From: a virus
Lineage: Duplodnaviria; Caudoviricetes
Virus record (IMG/VR): IMGVR_UViG_3300003465_000008
Span: 1 to 54,427 of that record
Length of the DNA stretch: 54,427 bases
Reading direction: 5' to 3' (one strand)
Below the pieces are notes generated by a model. That model saw only the letters and a list, made by a program, of their open reading frames with translations. It was not told the origin of the DNA and made no database searches. The position numbers and the translations under genes were made by a program. Numbering within the stretch: the stretch's first letter is position 1; every line of letters starts with the position of its first letter. Shown piece by piece: positions 1 to 8,457 of this stretch.

Positions 1-99
1 ATCCCGTATAACGGCAAGCCCGCGAAGGACGGCCCGCGCTATAAGGCGCTCGGCAATTCGATGGCGGTGCCAGTGGTGCGCTGGATCGGCGAGCGGATC
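1..99. repeat. 99-bp terminal direct repeat (left copy), circular assembly overlap
   Basis: Bases 1-99 are identical to 54329-54427, and an ORF reads through the junction. Confidence 0.95.
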
Positions 100-144
100 G
101 CGATGGTGGAAGCCCTCGCGCGCATGGAGGAGGGAAAGTGCTGA
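1..144 (+). CDS. C-terminal part of the C5 DNA cytosine methyltransferase-like ORF that starts at 53915
   Basis: Frame 1 reads IPYNGKPAKDGPRYKALGNSMAVPVVRWIGERI...EEGKC*, containing motif X (GNSMAVPV). Confidence 0.85.
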   Translation: MPYNGKPAKDGPRYKALGNSMAVPVVRWIGERIAMVEALARMEEGKC

Positions 145-368
145 CCATTGACGCACGTTGTCCAGTTCCGAATTGCTCCATTGGAGGCGGTAATGGAGAC
201 ATATACCGGATGATCGGCCGTTGCTACAACTGCGGCACCGAGAACATCCTGATCTTGTTCAGCGCTGGTCACGAACACAGCAAGCAAACTTGTCCTGTCT
301 GCAAATGCTGGTGGCAGGTCTATCCGCAGCGGCTTGCTACACCTGACGAGATACCGGAGGCGCCATGA
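138..368 (+). CDS. small Cys-rich (zinc-ribbon-like) hypothetical protein
   Basis: GTG start overlapping the upstream stop with a GGAGG RBS; CxxC pairs (CYNC, CPVC). Confidence 0.6.
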   Translation: MLTIDARCPVPNCSIGGGNGDIYRMIGRCYNCGTENILILFSAGHEHSKQTCPVCKCWWQVYPQRLATPDEIPEAP

Positions 369-405
369 CCCTCTACACGCGCCCCGACGACTTGGAGCGC
401 TAGAT

Positions 406-1332
406 TTGGGATGGAGTCTAGGATTCGCTGAGTGGTTAGACGAGGACACTCGAACGGCCTTCCTGTCGGTCGCGTTCTCGTGGATGGCAGATCACGCCAC
501 CCGACGCGCACTATCCCATCGGATGCTCGGCTGGAAAGTGAAGATCGGCGGTCCCGGTCTTTTCATTCTCAAGCGCAAGGAGCATACCGCGCGGCACGAG
601 ATTTTCGACTTAGGCGAGTACGGCACGGACTACCCGGAAGCAGTGACGAAGCACAACGCAGACGCAACCTTCGCCAGCCGTGGATGCCCCGGTATGGGAA
701 CGGAAGCAAACCCCAAGCCCTGCACATTCTGCATAGTGCCTCCGATGGAGGGCACAAGTTTTCGGCTGATACCAGACTTCATTCCGCGTCCGATTCTCTG
801 CGACAACAATCTGTCGGCATTGCCTGCCGAGTATCAGGACTACATCATCCGACGCTATCAGGAAACAGGCGTTCTACTGCGCGATGCAAACAGCGGCTTC
901 GAGCCAATCACCTTCACGCCAGAGGTCTATGCGCGGTGGCGAACAATCATCAACGCGGGCGGTGGGCCGTGGCGTTTCGGATACGACACGATCAAGGAAC
1001 GTCGGCAAGTGCATCGCGTCATGGCGATGCTCAAAGACGAGCCAGCGAAGCGCAAGCGCCCGTATACGCTAATCGGCAACGAGCCGAGGGTCGAATGCGT
1101 GTCGCGCATCAAGGAGTGCATAGCGGCTGGATGCGAGCCTTACTGCCAACCGGAAATCAAGTTAAGCGCGAGAGAAAAGCGCTGGTGGGTCAGATTCGAT
1201 TGGACAGAGACAGAGTTACGTCGCGTGCAGAAATGGGTCAACAGTTTTGCATGGCGCACTACATCGCTGGAGGATTTCCAGCCAAACCTAAGCCGGGATC
1301 GCTATGACGCAGAACAAGGACTCTTTGTTTGA
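406..1332 (+). CDS. phage radical SAM-domain protein
   Basis: SRGCP...CTFCIVP.MEG and ILCDNN segments; probable TTG start at 406 after GGAG (frame open from 334). Confidence 0.7.
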   Translation: MGWSLGFAEWLDEDTRTAFLSVAFSWMADHATRRALSHRMLGWKVKIGGPGLFILKRKEHTARHEIFDLGEYGTDYPEAVTKHNADATFASRGCPGMGTEANPKPCTFCIVPPMEGTSFRLIPDFIPRPILCDNNLSALPAEYQDYIIRRYQETGVLLRDANSGFEPITFTPEVYARWRTIINAGGGPWRFGYDTIKERRQVHRVMAMLKDEPAKRKRPYTLIGNEPRVECVSRIKECIAAGCEPYCQPEIKLSAREKRWWVRFDWTETELRRVQKWVNSFAWRTTSLEDFQPNLSRDRYDAEQGLFV

Positions 1333-2188
1333 CCGCCCCGACGGATCGCAAGTGCAGGATGAGAGGAAATGTGATCAGCGCATTCGTAAGGCACCAAGTA
1401 CGGAGCGCTCCTTCCGAGAAAACAACGAGCGAAGGTTCACCGACCGCCGCCAGTCGCAGGAGCGCACAGAAACAGGCGGGAGGGTGCAAAGACCTAACGC
1501 CCGAGAGGACGCTAGCGAAGTCTCGGAAACGGAAGCCCTCCACCTCTTCGACTACGAGCGCGGGCTGGAGGATGCGGAGAAGTTGTGCGAAGCGCACGCA
1601 GGAGCGGCAATCAACAACTCGGCGGACGAGTTTCGTTACGGTTACGAAATGGCGAAGCGCTTAGTTAGCGCCATCCGCGCACTGAAACCGGCGGGGCAGG
1701 AGATGGTCCCGATGGTGACTAGGGAAGGCGAATGTGGCAACGCCGAAGCGGATGGACGTGGCCTGCGGGTACAGAGAAGCCCGCACCTTGGTAACAAGGC
1801 GGAAGGTCAAGACGCGCACTTGGTGCGGTCTGCGACGAGCGCGAACACTACGCTGCTAAGCTCTCCTGCCCCCGCCGACCAGCAGCGCAACGCTCCGGGG
1901 CTGACGCAAATTCAGTACGCGATGAAGTTAGCCGAAGAACAAATGGCGCTTCATGCCAGCCGTCGGGACGCATACAGCCCCGTGTCGCCGGTAGTCCGCA
2001 CATTGGCGACCGCCCTTCTCGCCCTGCGCGACGACAGGGATGCGGCGCGGTATCGGTGGCTGCGGGATGGTGATCGTTGGCATCGCAAGATCAGAATCAT
2101 GGAAATTCAGTCTGACGGCAGCCGTCTAATTCTCTGCGACCAATTCGCAGACGAAGCCATCGACGTAGCGCTGAAGGAGGAAAAATGA
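1304..2188 (+). CDS. phage early accessory protein with C-terminal DAARYRWLR motif (Ead/Ea22-like mosaic)
   Basis: 294-aa ORF coupled to both neighbours; RDAARYRWLRD...DEAIDVAL; start uncertain. Confidence 0.6.
   Translation: MTQNKDSLFDRPDGSQVQDERKCDQRIRKAPSTERSFRENNERRFTDRRQSQERTETGGRVQRPNAREDASEVSETEALHLFDYERGLEDAEKLCEAHAGAAINNSADEFRYGYEMAKRLVSAIRALKPAGQEMVPMVTREGECGNAEADGRGLRVQRSPHLGNKAEGQDAHLVRSATSANTTLLSSPAPADQQRNAPGLTQIQYAMKLAEEQMALHASRRDAYSPVSPVVRTLATALLALRDDRDAARYRWLRDGDRWHRKIRIMEIQSDGSRLILCDQFADEAIDVALKEEK
1689..1881 (+). ncRNA. putative structured RNA nested in CDS, with tRNA-like 3' end
   Basis: 1689-1703 pairs with 1862-1877 (one bulge), followed by ACCA; internal hairpins include CCTTG-GTAA-CAAGG. 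Confidence 0.4.
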
Positions 2189-2670
2189 GCGGCCAGCAGC
2201 GAGGGGTTTCGGCTTTGAGCGTGGAGCAGATTGAGGCAGCAAGCGAGCGGTTTCTCTATGGCGATGGGGAAATGGACGGCTCAACTTTCGAGGCGATTCG
2301 CGACCTCGCCCTTTCCTCGCTCCGCACCAACGATGAACGTGACCGAGATTGGATACTCGCTATGGCAGCCGCACTAGGAACTGACAGCGGCTACAAAGTT
2401 CCCATCGTGCCGAAGCCCGAACCATTCCGCGAACTGTTTGACTCACTCCGCGCATCTGCAGCGGGGGAGAAAGATGTATTGGGCTACGACAGTATGAAGG
2501 CCGCTCTTATCGAGGATTTGCGCAGATCGCGGCTGAACGCATCTAGATATGAGTGGCTGCGAGACAGACCGTTGGACATCAACTTTTGGACGCCAGATAA
2601 CCAACTAATTTGCGCCGAGCAATTGGACGCTGCCATTGACGCCGCGCTAGCCAACGAAAAGGGGAAGTAG
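2185..2670 (+). CDS. phage early accessory protein with the related SRYEWLRD...LDAAIDAAL motif
   Basis: ATGA overlap, GGAGG RBS, C-terminal motif shared with the upstream gene. Confidence 0.7.
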   Translation: MSGQQRGVSALSVEQIEAASERFLYGDGEMDGSTFEAIRDLALSSLRTNDERDRDWILAMAAALGTDSGYKVPIVPKPEPFRELFDSLRASAAGEKDVLGYDSMKAALIEDLRRSRLNASRYEWLRDRPLDINFWTPDNQLICAEQLDAAIDAALANEKGK

Positions 2671-2928
2671 GTGGCGGTCTACGTTGACAACGCTCGCAAC
2701 CGCTACGGACGCATGCTGATGTGCCACATGCTAGCCGACACGCGGGAAGAATTGCACGCGATGGCCGACACAATCGGCGTGCCGCGCCGCTGGTTTCAGG
2801 ACATGCGCAGACCGCACTACGACATCTGTCAGGCCAAGCGCGCTCTCGCTGTGCGAGCCGGGGCTGTGGAAATGACGACTTCGGCGATGGTGCGGATGTT
2901 CAGGGCCAACGAAAGGGGAAGTAGATGA
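2671..2928 (+). CDS. DUF4031 family protein
   Basis: MAVYVD...MCHMLADT.EELHAMA..IG..RRWFQ...HYDI signature. Confidence 0.85.
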   Translation: MAVYVDNARNRYGRMLMCHMLADTREELHAMADTIGVPRRWFQDMRRPHYDICQAKRALAVRAGAVEMTTSAMVRMFRANERGSR

Positions 2929-3134
2929 TTCGGCGCGGAAGCAAGTATTGGGCTGAACCCAAAGACGCAAACGGCGGATGGTGGTACGCCTCACAGGGAA
3001 GCATCGAGGTAGTCTGTGGTTCGCTTCGCGGTACGGTAAAAATATCTCGCGCTGCACTGCTTGATTATTGTCGTAGGGCGCGAGGACGGGCCGAAAAGGG
3101 GAAGGGGCGATGGACGAGCATACCGTCACGATAA
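2925..3134 (+). CDS. hypothetical protein
   Basis: ATGA-coupled ORF in the early operon. Confidence 0.5.
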   Translation: MIRRGSKYWAEPKDANGGWWYASQGSIEVVCGSLRGTVKISRAALLDYCRRARGRAEKGKGRWTSIPSR

Positions 3135-3421
3135 CGCGAGCCGAGTTCGACACGCTGCGAGACGGCTTCAATGCAGCGCAACGGGAAGTCGAGCGCCTGA
3201 GCGCGGAAGTGGAGAACCTTCGTGCAACTCTCAAGGACATCTGCGAAGAGTGGAACGAGGACTGCGATCCTCAGTGCGACAGCCATGGCCACACTGAGAC
3301 ATGCAAAGCAACAAACATAGCGAACGCGAAGCGAGCGATGCTTGAACGCGCCGAAGCCGCCGAGCAGCGCGCGGCAGAACTACAACGCAGGCTTGACGCA
3401 ATCACAGGAGGAACGCAATGA
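3110..3421 (+). CDS. coiled-coil hypothetical protein
   Basis: Purine-rich RBS; stop overlaps the next ATG. Confidence 0.65.
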   Translation: MDEHTVTITRAEFDTLRDGFNAAQREVERLSAEVENLRATLKDICEEWNEDCDPQCDSHGHTETCKATNIANAKRAMLERAEAAEQRAAELQRRLDAITGGTQ

Positions 3422-4482
3422 GTTACCAGATTCGCAAGGCGATTCGGCAGAACGTGAGCGTGATCGTCGGGCTGGCCGGCGGAACCGGCTCAGGGAAAAC
3501 GAAATCGGGGATGGAACTGGCTACTGGCCTTGCGGGAGGCAAGCCGTTTGTCGTGATCGACACCGAGAACGGCCGCGCCCGCCACTACGCGCCGCGTCAG
3601 GGCGAACAGGCAGACGGCATCAACACCTACGAGTTCGACGTGATCGACTTAGTAGCGCCGTTCAGTCCCGAGCGCTACATGGAAGCGATCAAGGCGGCGG
3701 ATGCGGCTGGCGCTCCGGTCATCATGGTGGACTCGATGAGCCACGAGCACGCGGGCGACGGCGGATTGCTCGATATGCACGATGCTGCACTTGAGGAAAT
3801 GGTGAAGCGCGCCGCCGAGCGAGGCGATCGGCGTTCCGAATGGCAGATCCGCGACGCCGGCAAGATGACCGCTTGGATTCGTCCGAAATCGGAACACAAG
3901 CGGATGATGCAAGCGCTTCTACAGGTCCGCGCGCACATCATTCTGTGCTTCCGCGCCGAAGAGAAGATCGAAATGGTGAAGGTGGAAGGCAAACTCGAAG
4001 TGCGGCCGAAAAAGAGCCGCACCGGCAAGGACGGCTGGATTCCAATCGCCGAAAAAACGATTCCGTTTGAGTGTACCTGCTCGTTCCTTTTGATCGACGA
4101 GCGCCCTGGCGTGCCGTTGCCGATCAAGTTGCAGGAGCAGCACAAACCGTTTTTCCCGGCCGATAAGCCGATCAGCAAGGAATCCGGTAAGCTCTTAGGT
4201 CAATGGGCCGCTGGGGGCTCGGTCGCTTTTTCCTCCCTGGATCGACCGCCCACTGCGGAAGCGCCATCCCTCGCTCCGCAAGCCCCCAGCGCGCCCGCCC
4301 CGAACGGTAACGGCCAATACATCACGCCAGATCAGCATACGGACATCGTGGACCGCTTGCGCCGCATTCCGAACGGTGAAGCGCGCCTGAAAGCCGCAGC
4401 TCACGTCGAGACACTATGGAAGATTCCGCGCGAGAACTACCAGCGGACGCTCGATTGGATCAGCAAGGCAATGGGCGCATGA
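3418..4482 (+). CDS. AAA/P-loop ATPase, Sak4-like recombinase
   Basis: Walker A GGTGSGKT, VVIDTE, IMVDSMSHEH; GGAGG RBS. Confidence 0.85.
   Translation: MSYQIRKAIRQNVSVIVGLAGGTGSGKTKSGMELATGLAGGKPFVVIDTENGRARHYAPRQGEQADGINTYEFDVIDLVAPFSPERYMEAIKAADAAGAPVIMVDSMSHEHAGDGGLLDMHDAALEEMVKRAAERGDRRSEWQIRDAGKMTAWIRPKSEHKRMMQALLQVRAHIILCFRAEEKIEMVKVEGKLEVRPKKSRTGKDGWIPIAEKTIPFECTCSFLLIDERPGVPLPIKLQEQHKPFFPADKPISKESGKLLGQWAAGGSVAFSSLDRPPTAEAPSLAPQAPSAPAPNGNGQYITPDQHTDIVDRLRRIPNGEARLKAAAHVETLWKIPRENYQRTLDWISKAMGA
4210..4290 (+). ncRNA. putative two-arm cloverleaf RNA with anti-SD-like loops, nested in the ATPase linker
   Basis: Perfect 10-bp closing stem GCTGGGGGCT/AGCCCCCAGC; two arms with loops CTTTTTCCTCCCTGGAT and CCATCCCT. 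Confidence 0.45.
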
Positions 4483-4955
4483 AGCATCTACGCATGAGCG
4501 AGGATGAACTTCGCGCGTACCAGCAAAGACAGAGGGGGGCGACTCGCGCTCGGCCTTGCGCGACGGAACTAGATGCAGCTCCGGGCGGGAAGAATGCGAC
4601 CTGTCCGTCTGCTGCGCAGTCTGCCCCCCGCCATTCGTTACTTGAGCAGCGCTTCGAACAGCAGCTCCGCGATGCTGGCTTCCTCCCGCGCGCCGACGAC
4701 GACGCGCCGATGCGGTACGTGCGGGAGTATTACCCGATCGCGAGCCGGAATTTCCGACTAGACTTCGCGTGGCCCGAGGTCAAAGTCGGCGTCGAAATTC
4801 AGGGCATGGCGCATCGGATCAAGGGTAAATTCCGCGCCGACATCGAAAAGCGCGCTCTGTGCCTGCTAGCCGACTGGCGCGTCTTGGAGGTTGGCAGCGC
4901 GGAAGTCAGGGACGGTACGGCGATCCAATGGCTGCGCGAGTTGCTGGCGCGATGA
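4479..4955 (+). CDS. PD-(D/E)XK/DUF559-like endonuclease
   Basis: FRLDFAWPEVKVGVEIQG...DIEK...WRVL; ATGA overlap with the ATPase. Confidence 0.75.
   Translation: MKHLRMSEDELRAYQQRQRGATRARPCATELDAAPGGKNATCPSAAQSAPRHSLLEQRFEQQLRDAGFLPRADDDAPMRYVREYYPIASRNFRLDFAWPEVKVGVEIQGMAHRIKGKFRADIEKRALCLLADWRVLEVGSAEVRDGTAIQWLRELLAR
4534..4633 (+). ncRNA. putative tRNA-like structured RNA nested in CDS
   Basis: 7-bp stem GGGGGGC/GCCCCCC followed by GCCA; two internal arms. Confidence 0.4.
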
Positions 4956-4958
4956 TGC

Positions 4959-5150
4959 CTAGCGCCAGAGTCTGGTTCCGCCGATCTCTGGAAAAAGCTG
5001 CAAGAGCACGAATAGCAGCAGGATCACGCCCACGATGGCGAGGGCTGGTGTGCGCGCCGGCTCTGGGAAAAACCGCGTGATGATCCAGTAGGCCAGATAC
5101 GCGACGACCGCGAGGATGACGAGAAAAACGAGCGCCCCGGTGAGGGTCAT
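4959..5150 (-). CDS. small two-TM membrane protein
   Basis: MTLTGALVFLVILAVVAYLAYW...; two hydrophobic helices; GGAGG RBS. Confidence 0.7.
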   Translation of the reverse strand: MTLTGALVFLVILAVVAYLAYWIITRFFPEPARTPALAIVGVILLLFVLLQLFPEIGGTRLWR

Positions 5151-5312
5151 AGGGCGAAGCCTCCGGTAACTCAGAACTGGGCGAAAACTAGCACAGTTTG
5201 CTGCACTGCGATGTAGGCGGGAGGCGGACAACAGGCCCACGTCGCGCCAGGATCGCGCCAGCGCCACGCTCTTGGCGCTGGCTACCTTCCCCATTACCCG
5301 CCTTAGCCGCGT

Positions 5313-5573
5313 TCAGCCACCGGCAGCCTTGATGGCCTCGTCGAAATCCGCAAGGGCTTTGTCCTTGCCGGCCAGAGCTTCCCGCACGTCATCCGTGGTC
5401 ACGTCATGGCCGTCTGCGTAGGACTGTAGGACGGGGGCAAGGCTCGTAATGACGCCGACCGCCTCGGTTACGTAGGGCGTCGCCTTGGCGACCTTGGCAT
5501 TGCCGCTGAACTGGCCGAGGACTTCGACCGCGCCGCTAATGAGCGGCAGGACCGTACTGAGAAAGGGTACCAT
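5313..5573 (-). CDS. hypothetical protein (lysis region)
   Basis: AGGAG RBS, 86 aa. Confidence 0.7.
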   Translation of the reverse strand: MVPFLSTVLPLISGAVEVLGQFSGNAKVAKATPYVTEAVGVITSLAPVLQSYADGHDVTTDDVREALAGKDKALADFDEAIKAAGG

Positions 5574-5592
5574 TTGGGGCTCCTATGGGGGG

Positions 5593-5961
5593 TTACTTCT
5601 TGGCGTCGAGTACCTTGGCGACTTCGCCGGCCACGGTAACGGCCAAGGCGATGTCGGATTCCACGGTAGGCCGGCAGGGGTCGGGGTTCGTGCTTGAGCT
5701 GCTCAAGGTTCTCGTGCGGCAGGCAATGAGCGTGGCGTTGGCCGTGTCCAAGTGCCCGCCTGCCGTGCCGAGCATGGCACGGTAACTCTTGGCCTGCGCA
5801 ACGCTGATCTTTTCAAGCCGCAGCAGGCTCGTCGCTACGGTTGCGGCGGCAGTCACGGCATTGGCGCCGTCGCGGATCTGCTGCTCTGGCGACGTTGGCA
5901 AGACTGAACACGCCGCGATGGCGGCGAACACGAAGGCAAGCAAGCTATTTCTGAGGTTCAT
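5593..5961 (-). CDS. putative lipoprotein (spanin-like)
   Basis: MNLRNSLLAFVFAAIAAC lipobox-like signal; AAGGA RBS. Confidence 0.6.
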   Translation of the reverse strand: MNLRNSLLAFVFAAIAACSVLPTSPEQQIRDGANAVTAAATVATSLLRLEKISVAQAKSYRAMLGTAGGHLDTANATLIACRTRTLSSSSTNPDPCRPTVESDIALAVTVAGEVAKVLDAKK

Positions 5962-6334
5962 CGGTGTCCTTTCTATCGGTTGATTGCACGGTAACATCGC
6001 CGGCGGCGTTTACTTTGACATCCTCCGCGGGAATCGTTTTGCCCTTGACTGCTGTCGCTTCGGCAATGCGGCTGGCCGCGAGCGCGCTTTCCTGCCCACC
6101 CTTGCTTGAGCCGATCCAATACCCGACCGCCATCACGACCAGGTTAATGACCGTCTGCAAGACTGTCGATCGCTCGGCCTGATCGCTACCAAGGAAAACG
6201 GACGTTACCACAGCCGCGAAGATCAGCAGCAGCACGTAGGTGACGATCTTCTGCGTGCCGAATTTGGCCTCATCCAGTGCGAAGGGCGCGCGGCGTTCGA
6301 TCATGGGTGTAAGCCAAGCATGAATAAAACTCAC
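5945..6334 (-). CDS. holin-like two-TM protein
   Basis: Two TM segments followed by GYWIGSS. Confidence 0.6.
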   Translation of the reverse strand: MSFIHAWLTPMIERRAPFALDEAKFGTQKIVTYVLLLIFAAVVTSVFLGSDQAERSTVLQTVINLVVMAVGYWIGSSKGGQESALAASRIAEATAVKGKTIPAEDVKVNAAGDVTVQSTDRKDTDEPQK

Positions 6335-6582
6335 GGAAACAGCTTTTTCGCAAGATAAGCGACCATTGCCGAGATCGCGCCCGCAAGGGCCAGCAGCACT
6401 CCCTTAGCGCCTTTTGCCTGATTGATCTCGGCAGCATGTTCTTCTAATTTGCGCTCGATTTTGTCGTGGCGCTCGTCGTGCCGCGAAACGTAATTGTCGA
6501 ACTGCGCGTTCAAGGAGTCTAGCTTCCCAAGGATTTGGCCTAGAGCATGGGCGACACGCTCCGATCCGTGTTCTTCATTCAT
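6331..6582 (-). CDS. small coiled-coil protein with C-terminal TM (holin/XhlA-like)
   Basis: Coiled N-terminus, hydrophobic C-terminus; first gene of the lysis cluster. Confidence 0.6.
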   Translation of the reverse strand: MNEEHGSERVAHALGQILGKLDSLNAQFDNYVSRHDERHDKIERKLEEHAAEINQAKGAKGVLLALAGAISAMVAYLAKKLFP

Positions 6583-8457
6583 TCAGATCACACGGTAGGT
6601 ATACGAGTACCAAATGTCGTGCGAGGATGCGCTGCGAGCGAGTCCGTCGAACGTCACGCGGTCGTTCGCCGCGTCAGCGTAGATCACGAACTGCTCATCC
6701 TGCGTGGCACCGGAATGCGCAGACCCTCCCGCTTGGATGGAGTTTCCGAAATTAGACGCGATCGGCAAGGTCAGCCCAAGCAACGTGGCAGTCGGCCCTG
6801 CTGCGGTCGGATCGATAGTAGTGTGTCCCGAGACCGTCACCGTATCCTCTACCCGCATGAACTGCGCGACGCTCGGAACGGCAGCATCTAGGTTCGTTGT
6901 TAGGGTCGCGGTCGGAGTGAACGTTCCAGAGTCCGGCGTGATGTTGACGTAGTTTCCGGCGAGCATCGCGCTCGCGATGTTGTTGTCGGTCGCGCGGATG
7001 CTCGGCGCGGAAGCATCTGCAACGATCGCGTACTGCGGATAGCCTTCCTCGCCGCCGACATAAGTGTTGTTCTCGATACGGTTGTTCACGATCCGCCCGG
7101 CCTTCACCGTGCCGAGCCAGTAGATCGCTGCCGTATAGGCGTAGTTCGTCGGCGTGCCGTTGTTCTGCGTGTTCCAGTTCATGCAACGATTGTTCTCGAC
7201 GATAGCGAAGTTCGCCTCCGAGATGTTGATCGAGCCGGCGTAGGTTGCGTAAACCGTATTGTCAATAACAGAGGCGTGGTCAACGTAATTCGCCCCTGTC
7301 ACTCCGATGCGGATGCCGGCCGTGTTCTGCTCCAACTTGATGATCGAATTGCCTCGGACCTTCGCGCTCCGCACTCCGTTCGCCGCGCTGTTCCCTCCTG
7401 TTACGAGGATCGAGCCTTGCTGTGAATAGTTGTCGAGAATCTTTACGTCGCCGCGGACCGCGCCGCCGTTGTAGAGGTAGTTCGCAGTGGTGACACCCTG
7501 CGCGCGACCGTAGAAGCGATTGCCCTGCACCCGGCAGTGCGGGGCGTTGGAGTTTTGCACCATCACATGCGCAGTAGCCGTGCCGCCGTGGTCCATGATC
7601 GTGAGGCAGTTCGTCACGACCAGACTGTCAGCCACGCCGTCGCCCTCGTAGACGCTATAACCGATTGCTGCGCCAGCGCTCGCACGGATGTTCTTGAACG
7701 TGCAGCCCTCGACGAGCAGCTTCTTGCAATTGAACTGGTAGATGCCGCTCGGGGTGGTGGAGGTCCCTGCCAACACCTGCTCGAAGTAGCAGCCGATCAC
7801 GTTGATGTCGTCGCAATCCGTCGCCCCAGACTTGTCCAGGTAAATCGAACTGTCCGCGTCGTAGAACTGGCTGTACGTGACCCACACGCCAACGCAGCCT
7901 TGGAAGCGCAGCGTGACCGAGTTCAACGCCGACCCGACCGCCATATTGAAAAAACAGTCCTCGAAGTAGATGTTGTTGCAGAGCGCGAACGTCGAGACCG
8001 CAGCGTATGTGCCAGCCGACGAGAACCTACAGTTACGGAACGTTATGTTGTTCTTGCTCGTCGTCGTCATCAGGTTGGCGGTGGACACGTCGCCAACGAA
8101 GCGCGCATTACGCACGATGATGTCGCTCGGCAGGTTGAGCGCGGCCGTGATCCTGTAACTGAGCCCGGCCCCGTCCAAAATCTTGCCTGCTGCTGCGGTC
8201 AATGCAGCTTGCACCTGGGCCGTGTCGTCGGAGGAACCATCTCCTACTGCGCCGAAGTCCCCCATGCTTACCAACTCGGTCGACACTTTGCTTTGCATGG
8301 TGCGCCCTACCGCGCCAGTTGCATTGCGGAGGAACCCGACAAGAGACGCGCCCTTGGAAGAATCCAAGAGCGTCGCTAGTGCGTTGAAATTGTCGTCAAA
8401 GTAGGACGCTGGCTGATTACCGGCAGGAAGTGTCCCGAAGACGCGCGGCCAAGCCAT
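6583..8457 (-). CDS. tailspike with pectate-lyase-like right-handed beta-helix (putative depolymerase)
   Basis: SKGASLVGF...GAVGRT...DFGAVGDGSSDDTA..QAAL followed by Asn/Ile-rich beta-helix repeats. Confidence 0.85.
   Translation of the reverse strand: MAWPRVFGTLPAGNQPASYFDDNFNALATLLDSSKGASLVGFLRNATGAVGRTMQSKVSTELVSMGDFGAVGDGSSDDTAQVQAALTAAAGKILDGAGLSYRITAALNLPSDIIVRNARFVGDVSTANLMTTTSKNNITFRNCRFSSAGTYAAVSTFALCNNIYFEDCFFNMAVGSALNSVTLRFQGCVGVWVTYSQFYDADSSIYLDKSGATDCDDINVIGCYFEQVLAGTSTTPSGIYQFNCKKLLVEGCTFKNIRASAGAAIGYSVYEGDGVADSLVVTNCLTIMDHGGTATAHVMVQNSNAPHCRVQGNRFYGRAQGVTTANYLYNGGAVRGDVKILDNYSQQGSILVTGGNSAANGVRSAKVRGNSIIKLEQNTAGIRIGVTGANYVDHASVIDNTVYATYAGSINISEANFAIVENNRCMNWNTQNNGTPTNYAYTAAIYWLGTVKAGRIVNNRIENNTYVGGEEGYPQYAIVADASAPSIRATDNNIASAMLAGNYVNITPDSGTFTPTATLTTNLDAAVPSVAQFMRVEDTVTVSGHTTIDPTAAGPTATLLGLTLPIASNFGNSIQAGGSAHSGATQDEQFVIYADAANDRVTFDGLARSASSHDIWYSYTYRVI

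Noticed and set aside
4534-4633. Canonical tRNA gene
   Set aside because: It has an acceptor-like stem and CCA but no T-loop consensus or standard anticodon arm; kept only as a tRNA-like element
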